From: a virus
Length of the DNA: 64,000 nucleotides
IMG/VR virus record: IMGVR_UViG_3300009130_001605
Coordinates: 11,939-75,938 of that record
Strand: one strand, 5' to 3'
Part shown: positions 30,565 to 40,600 of the stretch, one piece after another
Layout: every line of letters starts with the position of its first letter
Position numbering within the stretch: position 1 is the first letter of the stretch
The notes under the pieces: model-generated
The model's database searches: none
What the model was told of the DNA's origin: nothing
Seen by the model: only the letters and a program-made list of their open reading frames with translations
Position numbers and translations under genes: made by a program

Positions 30565-33500
30565 AAAAATAGCACACTTTGCCGATATACAATTAAGAAG
30601 AGGGTCGAGACACGAAGAATTCAAACAAGTTTTCCTAAGGGTTTATGATGACCTTAGAAAAGAAAAGCCTGATAGAATTTATTTGGCAGGAGACATTTTT
30701 CACAATAAGATCGATATGTCTCCAAACTTGGTTTTAATAACCAATCAATTTTTTTCTGAATTATCAAAAATAGCACCAGTTGACATTATACCAGGTAACC
30801 ATGACCTTAATTTGTCACAGTTATCTCAAGGTGACACAATTCTCTCAATTATAGATCCTCTTTATAACGGGGTTGTTGTAAGAGAAAATGATGATGCCAC
30901 AACTGATTATTGGAAACAATATGGAGACAGGTATGGTATTTTCTATTTCCCAGAAAGTGGATATTACAATATCGATTCTGAGACCGTTTACGGACATTAC
31001 TCTTGTATCGATGGGAAAATACTTAACCTAACACAAAAAGACCCACAAAAGAACTACATTGCCCTCTATCATGGACAAGTGTATGAGTCGATGAATGACA
31101 ATGGGTCTATGAACATGGGTCATGATTTATTGAAGATCGAAGCGTTCAATAACTTCGATATTGTTGCAATGGGAGATATTCATGAACACCAGACGTTCAG
31201 AGATAATCACTCAATGGCATACCCAGGAAGTCTTATTCAACAGGGGTATGGAGAGTCAATTGAAAAGGGTTACATCGTATGGGATGTTGAAGACAGGAGT
31301 TTCAGAAAGAAATATATCCCGAATGATTACGGATTTGCAAAAATCAGTATTTCTCATGGAGAACTTTGGGAAGACAGGCTTAGGAACATGCAATTCTCTA
31401 ACGACAAAGAAAAAACTAAAGTCTATGTCGAATGGGAAGATTATGATGAAAATTATTCTGTCGAGAAAGAAGATCAAATTGTAAAATTCCTTAAAAACCA
31501 ATACGGATGTAAAGTTATCACTGTTGTTCACAAATCGATTGTGAAAAATGCGGAGCTTGCAGTTGAGGATGGAGAGGCGGACATAATGCTTGAAAAAGAT
31601 TTCATCGAAGTATTAAAAGAGTACATCGAGGACAATGATGAGCAATTTGATCTGGAGAATGTAGACATAGATGACATTTTAAAGTTTGCAAAAACTGTTG
31701 ATAATGAATTAGGGATTGAGATTGGCAAAAACTATTCAAATGTATCTTGGTACATCGAGTCTTTTGAGGTTTGTAATTTATTTTCATACGGTACAACACC
31801 AATTAAGTTCGACTTTAGAACTCTTCGAGGACTAACTGGTATCTTTGGTCCAAATTACTCAGGTAAAACAAACTTTATCAAATCTCTTGTTTGGGGGTTA
31901 TTCCAAAGCATTTTGGGAGGTGGAGATGCTAAGAAACTTGTAAACATATTCACAGAAAAGGATAAGGCTTACGTGAACATCTATATTGACCTTGGTGGCC
32001 AAAAGATTCGTATTCTACGTTCTGTTCGTAATGTTGTGAAGAAAGACGGAACAATTAAAAACGAATACGATGTTAGGTATGAGAAATGGATCAAGAATGA
32101 TACGTCTGGTGTTTGGGAGTGGAAGGCTGAGGAAAACGATAAGAAAACAAACACAAAGTCTGCTGTAAAGGAACAAGTGATCGAAGCAATCGGTACCCCT
32201 GAAGATTTCACCAAAGTAAATCTTCAGTCTGAGAACGGTAAAGACAACTACCTTAACTCCGAGCAACAAGGCAAGAATAAGTTGATGAAGAAATACTTAG
32301 GACTTCAACCTTATTCTGACAGATTTGATTATGTGAAAAAGAAATATTTTAATCCAATTTCTAGGGAGCAGAAAAAACTTGGTGATGTAAATGCTATTTA
32401 CGAAGACTTGAAGGAAGCTAAGGAAAAACTCGCAATCGATAGAGAGAACTTCAAAAAGCTCAATAAAGAAAAAGAAGAAAAAAGTGAACTTGCAGATAAA
32501 TACAACTCTGAGATTATAAAACTTAGTGAACAACTTCATGCTATTGATGCCACAAGAGAGAAGAGTGTTGATGAAGTTGAGAACAAAATCGGTGACACAA
32601 AAAAATTGTTGTCTGAAAACAAGAAAAAATACTCCGAATTAGAAGAGTGGCTATCTAATAATTTCAAGAAAGAAATGCCAGAAGAGATTAATGGTACAGT
32701 AGAGACAATAAGCACTGCATTGTTAAAAAAGAAACAAGAACTAGAACAGGCAAGAAATTGTTTTAAAAAATCTAATGAATGGATTAAAGTTAATCCAAAA
32801 AAGGATGAAGTTGATATTTCTGATTTTGAAAAAGAGGTTGATAATATCAAAGCTGATATTGTTAAGTATGAAAACATGCTCCCTAATTTTAGGGGAGAAA
32901 AATGCACTTCATGTGGACATGTGTCTCACGAGCCTCAGCCAGAAAGAGAAAAAGGTTGCCTAAACTATATCGCAGGATTAAAGGAAAAGCTAAGTGAAGT
33001 TAAGTCAAAAATAGATGATGCTAAATCTATTGTTGATCATAACTTGAGGGTAGATATGGCTAATTCTGAATTGTCAAACTTAAAGTCTAAAGGTCAAGTC
33101 CTAAAATCTGAAGTAGATGAGTTTTCTAGGAAATTGAAGGTTTTGGAAAGTTCTAAAGATCTCATTGAGAAAAACAGGCTTGTAGATTACAAATCTGCCG
33201 AGTTAAAGAATTTTAGAAACTTCATAGATAGAGATAAAGACTTGTTGATCGAATACAGTGAAACAATTGTAAAGATTAAACAAAACGAAGAGAATGCTCA
33301 GGTTAATGCAAAGATTAACGTTGACATTAAATCGAAAAAAGATAAATTGACTGAATTGAAGTACGCTGTTTCAAATATAGAGAGACAACGTGTAGAAGTG
33401 AACGGTGATATTCGTGTCAATTCAAAAGCAATCGATGATTATGAAAATCAACTTGAGAGCATAAGAGAGCAGGAAAAGATGTACAAGGTTTATTCAATCT

Positions 33501-34015
33501 ATGTTCAATGCACAAGTAGGGATGGTATCCCTGCAAACATTATCAGAAAGAAACTTCCGTCTATCAACAGTAAGATTAGAAGTATTCTTAAAGATTTGGT
33601 GGAATACAAACTTGAGCTTTGGCTTGATAAGAAAGGTGATATTAAGGAAAGTTTTTTCTACAACGATGATAAGAGTGACAACTTGCCTATGGATAGTTCT
33701 TCTGGAGCTCAAGGGTTCCTTGCAAACCTTGCAATTAGAGATGCATTGCATTACGCTAGTAAGCTTCCTAAGTCCTCTATGTGTATCATTGATGAAGGAT
33801 TCGGTAAATTGGACCCAGACATCACAATAAACATGCAGGAGCCTCTTAATTACCTTAAGAACAAATACAGAAATGTATTCGTGGTAACTCACAAGGATAT
33901 TGTAAAAGACTTCATGGATAACATTATCGTTGTCGGGAAAAGTAAAAAAGATATAAGCTCTGAGAATCAACAAAAATATCCTCAGGCTTGGACAACTCAA
34001 ATTACAATTAAGTAA
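30554..34015 (+). CDS. sbcCD: fused SbcD(Mre11)-SbcC(Rad50) nuclease-ATPase
   Basis: Metallophosphoesterase motifs (AD, GDIFH, GNHD, GDIH, YPGS), then Walker A GPNYSGKT, coiled coil with CTSC hook, SSGAQ signature, IIDEGFG.LD and VVTH. Confidence 0.92.
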   Translation: MSVKKIAHFADIQLRRGSRHEEFKQVFLRVYDDLRKEKPDRIYLAGDIFHNKIDMSPNLVLITNQFFSELSKIAPVDIIPGNHDLNLSQLSQGDTILSIIDPLYNGVVVRENDDATTDYWKQYGDRYGIFYFPESGYYNIDSETVYGHYSCIDGKILNLTQKDPQKNYIALYHGQVYESMNDNGSMNMGHDLLKIEAFNNFDIVAMGDIHEHQTFRDNHSMAYPGSLIQQGYGESIEKGYIVWDVEDRSFRKKYIPNDYGFAKISISHGELWEDRLRNMQFSNDKEKTKVYVEWEDYDENYSVEKEDQIVKFLKNQYGCKVITVVHKSIVKNAELAVEDGEADIMLEKDFIEVLKEYIEDNDEQFDLENVDIDDILKFAKTVDNELGIEIGKNYSNVSWYIESFEVCNLFSYGTTPIKFDFRTLRGLTGIFGPNYSGKTNFIKSLVWGLFQSILGGGDAKKLVNIFTEKDKAYVNIYIDLGGQKIRILRSVRNVVKKDGTIKNEYDVRYEKWIKNDTSGVWEWKAEENDKKTNTKSAVKEQVIEAIGTPEDFTKVNLQSENGKDNYLNSEQQGKNKLMKKYLGLQPYSDRFDYVKKKYFNPISREQKKLGDVNAIYEDLKEAKEKLAIDRENFKKLNKEKEEKSELADKYNSEIIKLSEQLHAIDATREKSVDEVENKIGDTKKLLSENKKKYSELEEWLSNNFKKEMPEEINGTVETISTALLKKKQELEQARNCFKKSNEWIKVNPKKDEVDISDFEKEVDNIKADIVKYENMLPNFRGEKCTSCGHVSHEPQPEREKGCLNYIAGLKEKLSEVKSKIDDAKSIVDHNLRVDMANSELSNLKSKGQVLKSEVDEFSRKLKVLESSKDLIEKNRLVDYKSAELKNFRNFIDRDKDLLIEYSETIVKIKQNEENAQVNAKINVDIKSKKDKLTELKYAVSNIERQRVEVNGDIRVNSKAIDDYENQLESIREQEKMYKVYSIYVQCTSRDGIPANIIRKKLPSINSKIRSILKDLVEYKLELWLDKKGDIKESFFYNDDKSDNLPMDSSSGAQGFLANLAIRDALHYASKLPKSSMCIIDEGFGKLDPDITINMQEPLNYLKNKYRNVFVVTHKDIVKDFMDNIIVVGKSKKDISSENQQKYPQAWTTQITIK

Positions 34016-34016
34016 T

Positions 34017-34739
34017 ATGGATTTCAATAAAGAAGCAATAAAGTCACCAATGTTAGAGTTGGTGACTTTATCTGAAGAAAAAAGATCGGAAGTAACAAAA
34101 TTTGTCAAAGAAGTTGTTGGTGAAAAATCGAAAGAAGACCATCACAAAAGAGATAGTGGCCAAGAAGAAAAAAGGTGGTACACTGGTTTTTGTGGCGAAT
34201 CTGCTTTGGAGCAATTTCTTGGAGAGGAATTCGTTGATTTATCTGTTGGTAACTCAAATGGGTATCACGTATCCGACTTGTCAAAACTAAATCTCGACAT
34301 TGGAGTTAAAACTGTTGAGAAAGGTAAGTTCCCGATCATCTTTAAGAAAAACAGAACGCCTCAAATCATAGTTATCAAAGACAGTAATTCCAGATTTACA
34401 ATCGCAGGTTTGGCTACTCCAGAAATTCTTAACAAATACCAAAGTGATGAATTGATACTTAGCCCTGCTCTTCGTGCCAGGGGAACAAAAACAGGGTTCT
34501 ACGGCTTTAAGTTCCTAAAGAAATTCGATAGCATATCGGATTTAAAGATGATGACAAGGAGCGTACCAAATGGGACTAAAATTGTTTCCAAAGGTGTTGT
34601 ATACATTCTTAATGTAAAAAATGGAAAGTACGAACTTACACTTGAGAGTGACGGTAAATTAATTGGTTCCTACAGTTTATTCTCTATGAACTTTCGATTA
34701 AAAGACATGAGCAAAAAAGACGGTGTTTTTTACGAATGA
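34017..34739 (+). CDS. putative PD-(D/E)XK restriction-fold nuclease
   Basis: GE.A...L.......D......IGVKT pattern. Confidence 0.45.
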   Translation: MDFNKEAIKSPMLELVTLSEEKRSEVTKFVKEVVGEKSKEDHHKRDSGQEEKRWYTGFCGESALEQFLGEEFVDLSVGNSNGYHVSDLSKLNLDIGVKTVEKGKFPIIFKKNRTPQIIVIKDSNSRFTIAGLATPEILNKYQSDELILSPALRARGTKTGFYGFKFLKKFDSISDLKMMTRSVPNGTKIVSKGVVYILNVKNGKYELTLESDGKLIGSYSLFSMNFRLKDMSKKDGVFYE

Positions 34740-34786
34740 TCTTGAAACATTCTTAACACAACTCTCGTTATAAAAAGAAAAAACTT

Positions 34787-34996
34787 ATGGGAAGAGAATA
34801 TATTTTAAGCATGACATCGGAAGATGGGTCAGTTAGATACCTTAAAGAATTTGAGATAAGTTCAAAGAGAATTTCTCAAGAGTGGTCTTCAAATATAGAG
34901 GATGCAGATAAGTTTGACACTAGACAATTAGCAAATGGTGTAAAAACCTGCCTTCAAGACGAGGAAAGTTTCATCAGCGTAATGGAAGCATGTTAA
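34787..34996 (+). CDS. hypothetical protein
   Basis: 69 aa, A-rich leader. Confidence 0.65.
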   Translation: MGREYILSMTSEDGSVRYLKEFEISSKRISQEWSSNIEDADKFDTRQLANGVKTCLQDEESFISVMEAC

Positions 34997-35145
34997 AACG
35001 TTGGAAGGAAAAACTTTACCACCTATGGTACCTAGCTTGCATGTCCCCTCAAAAAAGGGAGTGGCGTAAAAACTTAATAAGGCTTGGTAAGGTTTTAGAG
35101 GAATCGAAAAAAACTACTGTAATAAAAGATTATGAAAAAAAGTAA
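34990..35145 (+). CDS. small hypothetical protein (51 aa, absent from the ORF track)
   Basis: MLKRWKEKLYHLWYLACMSPQKREWRKNL...; overlaps both neighbours in an operon-like way. Confidence 0.5.
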   Translation: MLKRWKEKLYHLWYLACMSPQKREWRKNLIRLGKVLEESKKTTVIKDYEKK

Positions 35146-35326
35146 TTGGGTTTTCAAATTACCAAGAAAGAAAAAAAAGGCATTTAAAATTTGGTTTGCA
35201 AATCTTGAAGGTTTCACGGTTGCTCCTGACAAGGAAATTACACCAGAGGGAATATTCAAAGACTTGTACTCGATGTTTAGATCTCAGAATTGTGCCAAAG
35301 TAGTAATGACCACAAAAGGTAGGTAA
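35132..35326 (+). CDS. hypothetical protein
   Basis: 64 aa with KLPRKKKK. Confidence 0.6.
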   Translation: MKKSNWVFKLPRKKKKAFKIWFANLEGFTVAPDKEITPEGIFKDLYSMFRSQNCAKVVMTTKGR

Positions 35327-35328
35327 CT

Positions 35329-35577
35329 ATGAGCGACATAATAAAAGAAGCCTTTGACAACTTGGACCCAAAATCAGAGGAGAGAGTCAAAAAACTTGTA
35401 GATGAAATCGAGTTAGGTTCTAAAAGTAATATTTGGAAAAAAATCTACAAAGGATATAACAAAAAAGAACAAGAAGTTTGTTGGCTAATATGGGGCGGTG
35501 TTCCAGTAGACCATGAGTGGGCTAAAGGTACCAAGGTATTCAAGGAAGCTTATAAAATGGCTTATCCTGCAAACTGA
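35329..35577 (+). CDS. hypothetical protein
   Basis: 82 aa ORF. Confidence 0.6.
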   Translation: MSDIIKEAFDNLDPKSEERVKKLVDEIELGSKSNIWKKIYKGYNKKEQEVCWLIWGGVPVDHEWAKGTKVFKEAYKMAYPAN

Positions 35578-36206
35578 TTACCGAATTGACCTGGAGCAAA
35601 TACTTGCTTAGGTTCAACTGGCTCTGATTGGGTATTTTGTTGCATCTGATCTAAGTCATCTTGTTTTTGTGTTTCTTGATCATCAACGTCTTTTTGTTGA
35701 GATAATGCTGTTTGTGCTTGTGCGGCTTTTCCTGCATTAAAAGCAACTTGTACACTCATTTGCTTGTCGTTAGGATTATATCCTGGAGGTGCTTGTGTAA
35801 AGAAATTATCCGTAAACCACATCCCTTTGATGTTGTTTGCATTAAAAAGTCTCCATTCACCTTCTGCCTCTGCACTTCTGTTTCCAGTTTCTCTTGCCTT
35901 TCTCTCTGATTGTCCGATTAGGTGCAATCCTCTAATTACAGTGTTTCCATCTGCAGATGTACCCATTGCCATTGGTCTGATAATTCTGTATTTTGGTACA
36001 GGCATTTCATAGTTCTCGTTGTCACTTTTAAAAAGAAGCCCAACCTCACGACCTTGCTCAATAGCTTGTTTCATCATCTCTCTATTAAAAGGAACTCTTT
36101 CCACACTTTTAGATAGCATGTTCGTTTTAGTCTGTGCATCAACCTCGGTGATGATACCAGCTAGTTCTTGAATTCTTTTTCTGTATGATTCTTCTAGGAT
36201 AAGCAT
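35562..36206 (-). CDS. WYL-like domain protein with N-terminal RIQELAGI motif
   Basis: R.I.P..MG....G..VIR......WRLF...I WYL-type pattern; late motif upstream. Confidence 0.6.
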   Translation of the reverse strand: MLILEESYRKRIQELAGIITEVDAQTKTNMLSKSVERVPFNREMMKQAIEQGREVGLLFKSDNENYEMPVPKYRIIRPMAMGTSADGNTVIRGLHLIGQSERKARETGNRSAEAEGEWRLFNANNIKGMWFTDNFFTQAPPGYNPNDKQMSVQVAFNAGKAAQAQTALSQQKDVDDQETQKQDDLDQMQQNTQSEPVEPKQVFAPGQFGNQFAG

Positions 36207-36251
36207 ATTCTATAAATATAACCAAAATTTTAATTTGATGTCTTTTTTCAT

Positions 36252-36273
36252 TAACTTTGCTTAAATAACTTTG
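36252..36273 (+). promoter_or_regulatory. two tandem Bacteroidota-type -7 elements
   Basis: TAACTTTG at 36252 and 36266. Confidence 0.5.
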
Positions 36274-36276
36274 AGC

Positions 36277-37215
36277 ATGACCACAAAAAAAATACAGCAA
36301 GAATCTAAGAACGAAGCTTATGAGAGGCTAAAGAAGGGAAGGGTGAATAATATTCACATTTCTTTCTCCGAGTTTACTCAATACAAAAATTGTCCTCACA
36401 AACATCTTATTCAAAAACACCTGAGTATTGACAAAGACGACCAATCAATACACTTGTTTTTTGGTAACTGTATACATGAGTCTTTCGAATATGCTTTGCG
36501 TGATGGAATGGGTGTTGAAGATCGTATAAAGAAATTCAAAGAAGATTTTTACAAACAAATGGTGGACAACATGAAAGGTCTCCCTGGGTTTTCTGAAGTT
36601 TTCGATTTCTTAGATCAAGGTGAGAACATTATCCGAGTTTTCGACACAGATGCTCTCATGGGCCAATATGAAATTGTGTCGGTTGAAGAAGATTTATACG
36701 AGAACTTATCTGGAAGATTCTTTTTCAAAGGTTTTATTGACCTTGTATTGAGAAACAAATTAACAGGAAGATATTTAATTGTTGATTGGAAAACCTCTGG
36801 TCAAGAATGGAAGGTTGATAAGAAAAAAGAGAATGAGATCTTTATGTGTCAAATGAGGTTTTATAAATTTTTCTGGGCTCGTAAACACAGTGTTGATATT
36901 GACCAAATAGATTGTGAGTACATTGTTCTTAACAGACTTGTTAACAAGAAGAAGCCAAGCAAAGGCTTTGGTGTTCCTCAATACGTTCCGATAGACTCAA
37001 CGCTAGATGAAATTGAATACTCTCTTAGAATGCTTGCAAATGCTGTGAAGGGAATACATTTGGATAACAACTTCCCAAAGATAAAGGAAACAAACCCTGA
37101 GTTGATTTGGAAAGAGAATGGATGCCTGTTTTGTAAGTACAAAGGAAACAAACATCCGATGTGCAACAGAAATAATAAGCAGTATAAGCACATTTTATTA
37201 GAACATAAGTTTTAA
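36277..37215 (+). CDS. Cas4/RecB-like PD-(D/E)XK exonuclease
   Basis: SFS......CP, FG..IH, GFIDLV, IVDWKT, Q...Y and C-terminal C..C...C. Confidence 0.85.
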   Translation: MTTKKIQQESKNEAYERLKKGRVNNIHISFSEFTQYKNCPHKHLIQKHLSIDKDDQSIHLFFGNCIHESFEYALRDGMGVEDRIKKFKEDFYKQMVDNMKGLPGFSEVFDFLDQGENIIRVFDTDALMGQYEIVSVEEDLYENLSGRFFFKGFIDLVLRNKLTGRYLIVDWKTSGQEWKVDKKKENEIFMCQMRFYKFFWARKHSVDIDQIDCEYIVLNRLVNKKKPSKGFGVPQYVPIDSTLDEIEYSLRMLANAVKGIHLDNNFPKIKETNPELIWKENGCLFCKYKGNKHPMCNRNNKQYKHILLEHKF

Positions 37216-37396
37216 CATGGAAACAAAAAAATAGCTTGGCGATGGTTTTGGTGTGTCAGTAAAGCATATGGATACTTACCCTACTGGTTATGCATATTAT
37301 AATGTAACCATAGATTTCTATATAAATGACTTATAAATCATTGATATTGTAATTTCTATTTATTATCTTTAAGTTGAAAAATAAAAAATTACAGAA

Positions 37397-37591
37397 ATGG
37401 AAGGACAAAATGTATTAGACTTACTTGTTGAAATTCAGACAGTTGCAGCAGAATCTGAGGTTGATGCAGAAAAGGTTATAAAAGGAAATAAAACTGCAGG
37501 TATTAGGTTGCGAAAAACTATGCAGACAATTAAGAGCCTCGCTCAAGACATTAGAGACGGAGTTCAAGACAACAAAAAAGCTAATCAATAA
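37397..37591 (+). CDS. histone H1-like (Hc1 family) small basic protein
   Basis: KGNKTAGIRLRKTMQ.IK.LAQDIR, the Hc1-like motif common in Bacteroidota. Confidence 0.8.
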   Translation: MEGQNVLDLLVEIQTVAAESEVDAEKVIKGNKTAGIRLRKTMQTIKSLAQDIRDGVQDNKKANQ

Positions 37592-37604
37592 GATTAGCTT
37601 TTTT
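37574..37604 (+). terminator. intrinsic terminator
   Basis: AAAAAAGCTAATC-aataa-GATTAGCTTTTTT. Confidence 0.8.
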
Positions 37605-37681
37605 GTTTTACACCCACATTTTAACTGGTGTTTTCTTTAAAATAGACTGGTTTTTTTAAAGTTTTTTGTTTACATTAATTC

Positions 37682-40600
37682 ATGGCAAAAAGGAAAAAAA
37701 GCAATAAACCTGTACAAAAGGTTGAGATAAGACGACTGAGAGGTGGTACTAACTACCGCTTTACATATGACTACATACCAATGCTAAACGCATACATTAA
37801 AGGCAATTTGCCTCGTGAACACTGGAAAGTTCATGTTGAGAATGTGTATGATCCGATAGCTAAACAACCAAAAGACGTTTGGTCTAGAGACGTTAGGGAG
37901 TTTTCTGTTGGTAAAGTAATTGCTTTCCTTGTTGATAATGGAATTAAATTCGACTTCATCAATATGACTGAAGGTGAAATTAACGTTCTTCGTAAAGAAT
38001 TTAGAGAAAGACAAATGAGGATGAAACAGATCCTTAAAGAAAAAGCTGATGGTCTTGATGTGACAGGTATGGATTTTAGTTATATGACAATGCAGCCATA
38101 TGACTACCAAAAGAAAGCAGTTAAGTTTTTTGAGCTGAATGAAGGAAATGTTATTTTAGCCGACCAACCAGGTGTTGGGAAACAAGCAGGTTTAGACACT
38201 CTCATTTCTACTCCAAATGGATGGAAAAGAATGGGAGATATGGAAGTTGGTGATAGAATACACAACAGGTTTGGAAGTGTTTCAAATGTAAAAGGTGTGT
38301 ATCCTCAAGGATACAAGGATTCTTATAAAATAACATTCAATGATGGTTCTCACACTTTCTGTGGATTAGAACACTTATGGACTGTTAGAGATAAAAACAG
38401 AAGGAAAAGAAACAAAGGGTGGGTCGTTAAATCTTTAAAAGAATTATTAGACTCAGGACTTGAATATGGAATGTCACCAAACGGATCTAATTCAAATAGA
38501 AAACCTGCTTTAAAATGGGAGATTCCAGTTACTGAACCTGTTTATTTTGACGACAAGGAATATTATATTAGCCCATATCTACTAGGAGCATTAATCGGTT
38601 GCGGTTGCACATGCGTTAAATTAAACATGTATTTAACTGTACCAGACTTTCAAATAGAAATTGCAAACAAAGCAGAGAGTTTGTTGCCAGAAGGATATGG
38701 ATTTAGTGTTAACAGAAGCCCTAAACGTCCACACTATAACATTGTTAAAGACAAAAACGCAAAAACGCTTGAAAACAGAGTTGTAACATACATAAGAAGA
38801 CTTGGCCTTGATGTTAAATCTAGTGATAAATTTATACCACAAGAATACATGATAGGATCTGTTTATCAGAGAATTGAGTTGTTACGTGGATTGATGGACA
38901 CTGATGGTAGTTGTTTGAAAAACAGAAGTAATTACCACACCACTTCAGAAAAGTTGGCAAAAGATGTTGTTGAACTAGTTCAATCACTTGGTGGCATTGC
39001 AAAAATAAACATCTACGATAGATCTCATGAAGACAAATCTACTGAATACATAGTTAATATTAAAACTAACTTCTGCCCTTTTTCTTTGAGTGAAAAAGTG
39101 AACGAATGGAAGTCTGTGAAGTCTAATAAAATATCACGTTACATTAAAAGTGTGGAATTGTTCAAACAAGAAGAACAACAGTGTATTGCAACAGATGCAC
39201 CAGATCACACTTATTTAACGGATCAATACATTGTTACACATAACACATTGCCTCCTTTTTCATATGCATACAAGCATAATCTTAAGACGTTAATCGTTTG
39301 CCCATCTTCTCTTAAACTAAATTGGAAAAGAGAGATTGATAGCTTTCTTAAACAGCATTCTTTTGTTTACAAATATGCTCCACCAAAAAGGAGTAATAAT
39401 GTAAATCATCCAAAAGAATATTGTAACTTCCATATAATCAATTACGAATCTCTTGAGACATATTTCAAATATGAATTTAGTCACAAGTGTTCTTCTCCAA
39501 ACTGTAAATTTAAAGCAGTTGATCTTGAGAAGGGTTATAAGAAATGTCCTTTGTGTGCCACTCCTAAGAGTGTCAAGTCAAGAAGGGTTAATATTCTTGA
39601 ATTCGAAGACAAGCAAGGTATGACATTAAATCCAGAGGATTATGATTTGATTATTCTTGACGAATGCCATTACATCAAAAACGAGGCTGCACAAAGAACA
39701 AAGATTATCAAAAAGGTCTTTAAAGACATTCCAAAAAAAATACTTATTTCTGGCACACCAATCAAAAGTAGACCAATGGAGTTTTTCTCAATATTAAACT
39801 TCCTTAGACCTGAAGAGTTCAATAGCTCTCATGAGTTCGGGAAAAGATATGGAGCAGGATTTCAAGATAACTTCGGTTGGAAATATGACGGAGCATCAAA
39901 CCTTGAAGAATTGTTTGAGAGAGTTCAGCCATATTTTTTAAGAAGATTGAAAAGCGATGTGCTAGAACTTCCACCTAAGACTTTTGTAAACATTCCTATC
40001 GAGCTTACAAATAAGCAGATGAAGGATTACGGGAAAGTTGAAGAAGGTGTTGTTGAACAACTTGAAGGAGAAGATAATTCTGGTGAGAAAAAATCAGCAC
40101 TTGAAATCATTCTTGAATTGAAGAGGTACGTTTCAACAATAAAAGTGAAAGAATCAATTCCGATTATCAAGGATATTATTGAACAAGGTGAAAAGATTGT
40201 TGTATTCTCCGAGTTCCAAGATACAGCAGAGGCAATTAGAGATGCATTCGCTGGACAATCCGTTATGATACATGGTTCTGTTGGAACTGAAGAAAGAGAT
40301 CAGGCTGTTCAACAGTTTCAAGACCCGAAAAGTGATATAAAGGTTTTCTCTGGAACAATCGGTGCTGCAGGAGTTGGGCTTACGCTTACTCGTGCAAGTA
40401 ATTTAATTTTTATCGGTTCAGCATGGACAAGTGGAGATATGGAACAAGCAGAAGATAGGGTTCACAGAGCCTCAACAACAGCAAGTAAAGTAACAATTAT
40501 GACGCTTTATTGTGAGAACACAGTTGACGAATATATTATGCAACTACTTCAGGATAAGGCACAAGTGGTTTCGAAAGCACTTGATAATAAAGTAGCAAAC

